NCBI GenBank assembly: GCA_037481835.1
Contig: JBBFKW010000005.1
Span: 1-64,000 of the forward strand
Origin: Desulfosoma sp.
GTDB lineage: Bacteria; Desulfobacterota; Syntrophobacteria; Syntrophobacterales; DSM-9756
Length of the DNA stretch: 64,000 nucleotides
Direction: 5' to 3'
In this document: piece after piece, positions 63,342 to 64,000 of the stretch
How positions within the stretch are numbered: position 1 is the stretch's first letter
Layout: every line of letters starts with the position of its first letter
Position numbers and translations under genes: made by a program
Notes under the pieces: model-generated
Told to the model about the DNA's origin: nothing
The model's input: the letters and a program-made list of their open reading frames with translations, nothing else
Databases searched by the model: none

Positions 63342-63611
63342 ATGCTGAAAGCCATTCAGAAATTTTTCAGGGACAGAGGCAGCGCCGATACCGCCAAGAA
63401 ACGCCTGGGTGTCGTCCTCATGCACGACAGGCTCGACATCTCTCCCCAGTTGCTCGAAGCCCTCAAGAACGACATCATCGACGTGCTGTCTCGATACATG
63501 GAAATCGATCGCGGATCCATCAAGGTGGACTTTGAGAAGGGCAAGGATTACACCGCCCTTGTTTCCAACGTGCACGTAAAGCGGGTGTACCGCAACGCCG
63601 CCGCCACATGA
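63342..63611 (+). CDS. minE: Cell division topological specificity factor MinE
   Basis: SADTAKKRLGVVLMHDR...DIIDVLSRYMEI. Confidence 0.95.
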   Translation: MLKAIQKFFRDRGSADTAKKRLGVVLMHDRLDISPQLLEALKNDIIDVLSRYMEIDRGSIKVDFEKGKDYTALVSNVHVKRVYRNAAAT

Positions 63612-63678
63612 TTCGCCTGTGCCCGAAAGGGCGCCGAAGTTCCTTTCGGCGGCGCGGGTGAGCCCTCGGATGATCGCC

Positions 63679-63918
63679 ATGGCGCTTCAGGTGCTTCTTG
63701 CCGCAACATTGAGACGCTTCGTTCCCGACTACGATCCTCTGACGGGCCTGGAGGTCACCGTCCCTTCGGCAATGACTGTCAAGGATTTGGTGGAGCGTTT
63801 GGGCCTGCCCACTGAAGAAATTAAGCTCATCATGGTCAACGGTGTCGCCTCGTCGTGGGAAACCGTCCTGCATGGCGATGAGCGGGTGGCATTCTTTCCG
63901 CCTGTGGGGGGAGGCTAA
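63679..63918 (+). CDS. MoaD/ThiS family sulfur-carrier (ubiquitin-like) protein
   Basis: IMVNG...LHGDERVAFFPPVGGG with C-terminal Gly-Gly. Confidence 0.88.
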   Translation: MALQVLLAATLRRFVPDYDPLTGLEVTVPSAMTVKDLVERLGLPTEEIKLIMVNGVASSWETVLHGDERVAFFPPVGGG

Positions 63919-64000
63919 CCGAGGCAAAGGCCCAGACCTTTGAGCCACGCGGAAACTTCGCGCCGCAGCAGGGCGTAGAATCGTTCGCTGCCTCCAAGCC

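Overview
GC-rich chromosomal window, mostly housekeeping, from a sulfate-reducer-like Desulfobacterota. Syntrophobacterales-like affinity is inferred from gene order and protein style. In order it holds the 5' end and leader of a 16S rRNA gene, tyrS, rny, 6S RNA, glmS, atpF'FHAGDC and mreBCD-mrdA-rodA. Next come a B12-binding radical SAM gene, TPP-riboswitch-controlled thiC-thi4, a DUF166 gene, glnS, NUDIX, a short DnaJ, comM, PBP1A, a DinG helicase, a USP and CoA-transferase genes. A ~2 kb decayed hotspot at 35.7-37.9 kb contains an internally deleted recD remnant, an IS4 right end, an intact yefM-yoeB pair, REP-like palindromes and the 3' tail of a group II intron. Metabolic genes, hsp20-htpX, purA, a selenocysteine formate dehydrogenase locus (fdhA-fdhB-fdhE), a CoA-transferase/GNAT fusion, minCDE and a MoaD/ThiS gene follow. 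The best candidate for an undescribed system is an unannotated leader ORF at 54036-54149. It has a very strong Shine-Dalgarno, a UGA at codon 4 followed by a SECIS-like hairpin, and a read-through stop that overlaps the fdhA start codon (ATGA). This suggests selenium-dependent translational control of the Sec-containing FDH. That reading is a hypothesis from one sequence and needs a conservation check. All family assignments come from motif recognition, not database searches.
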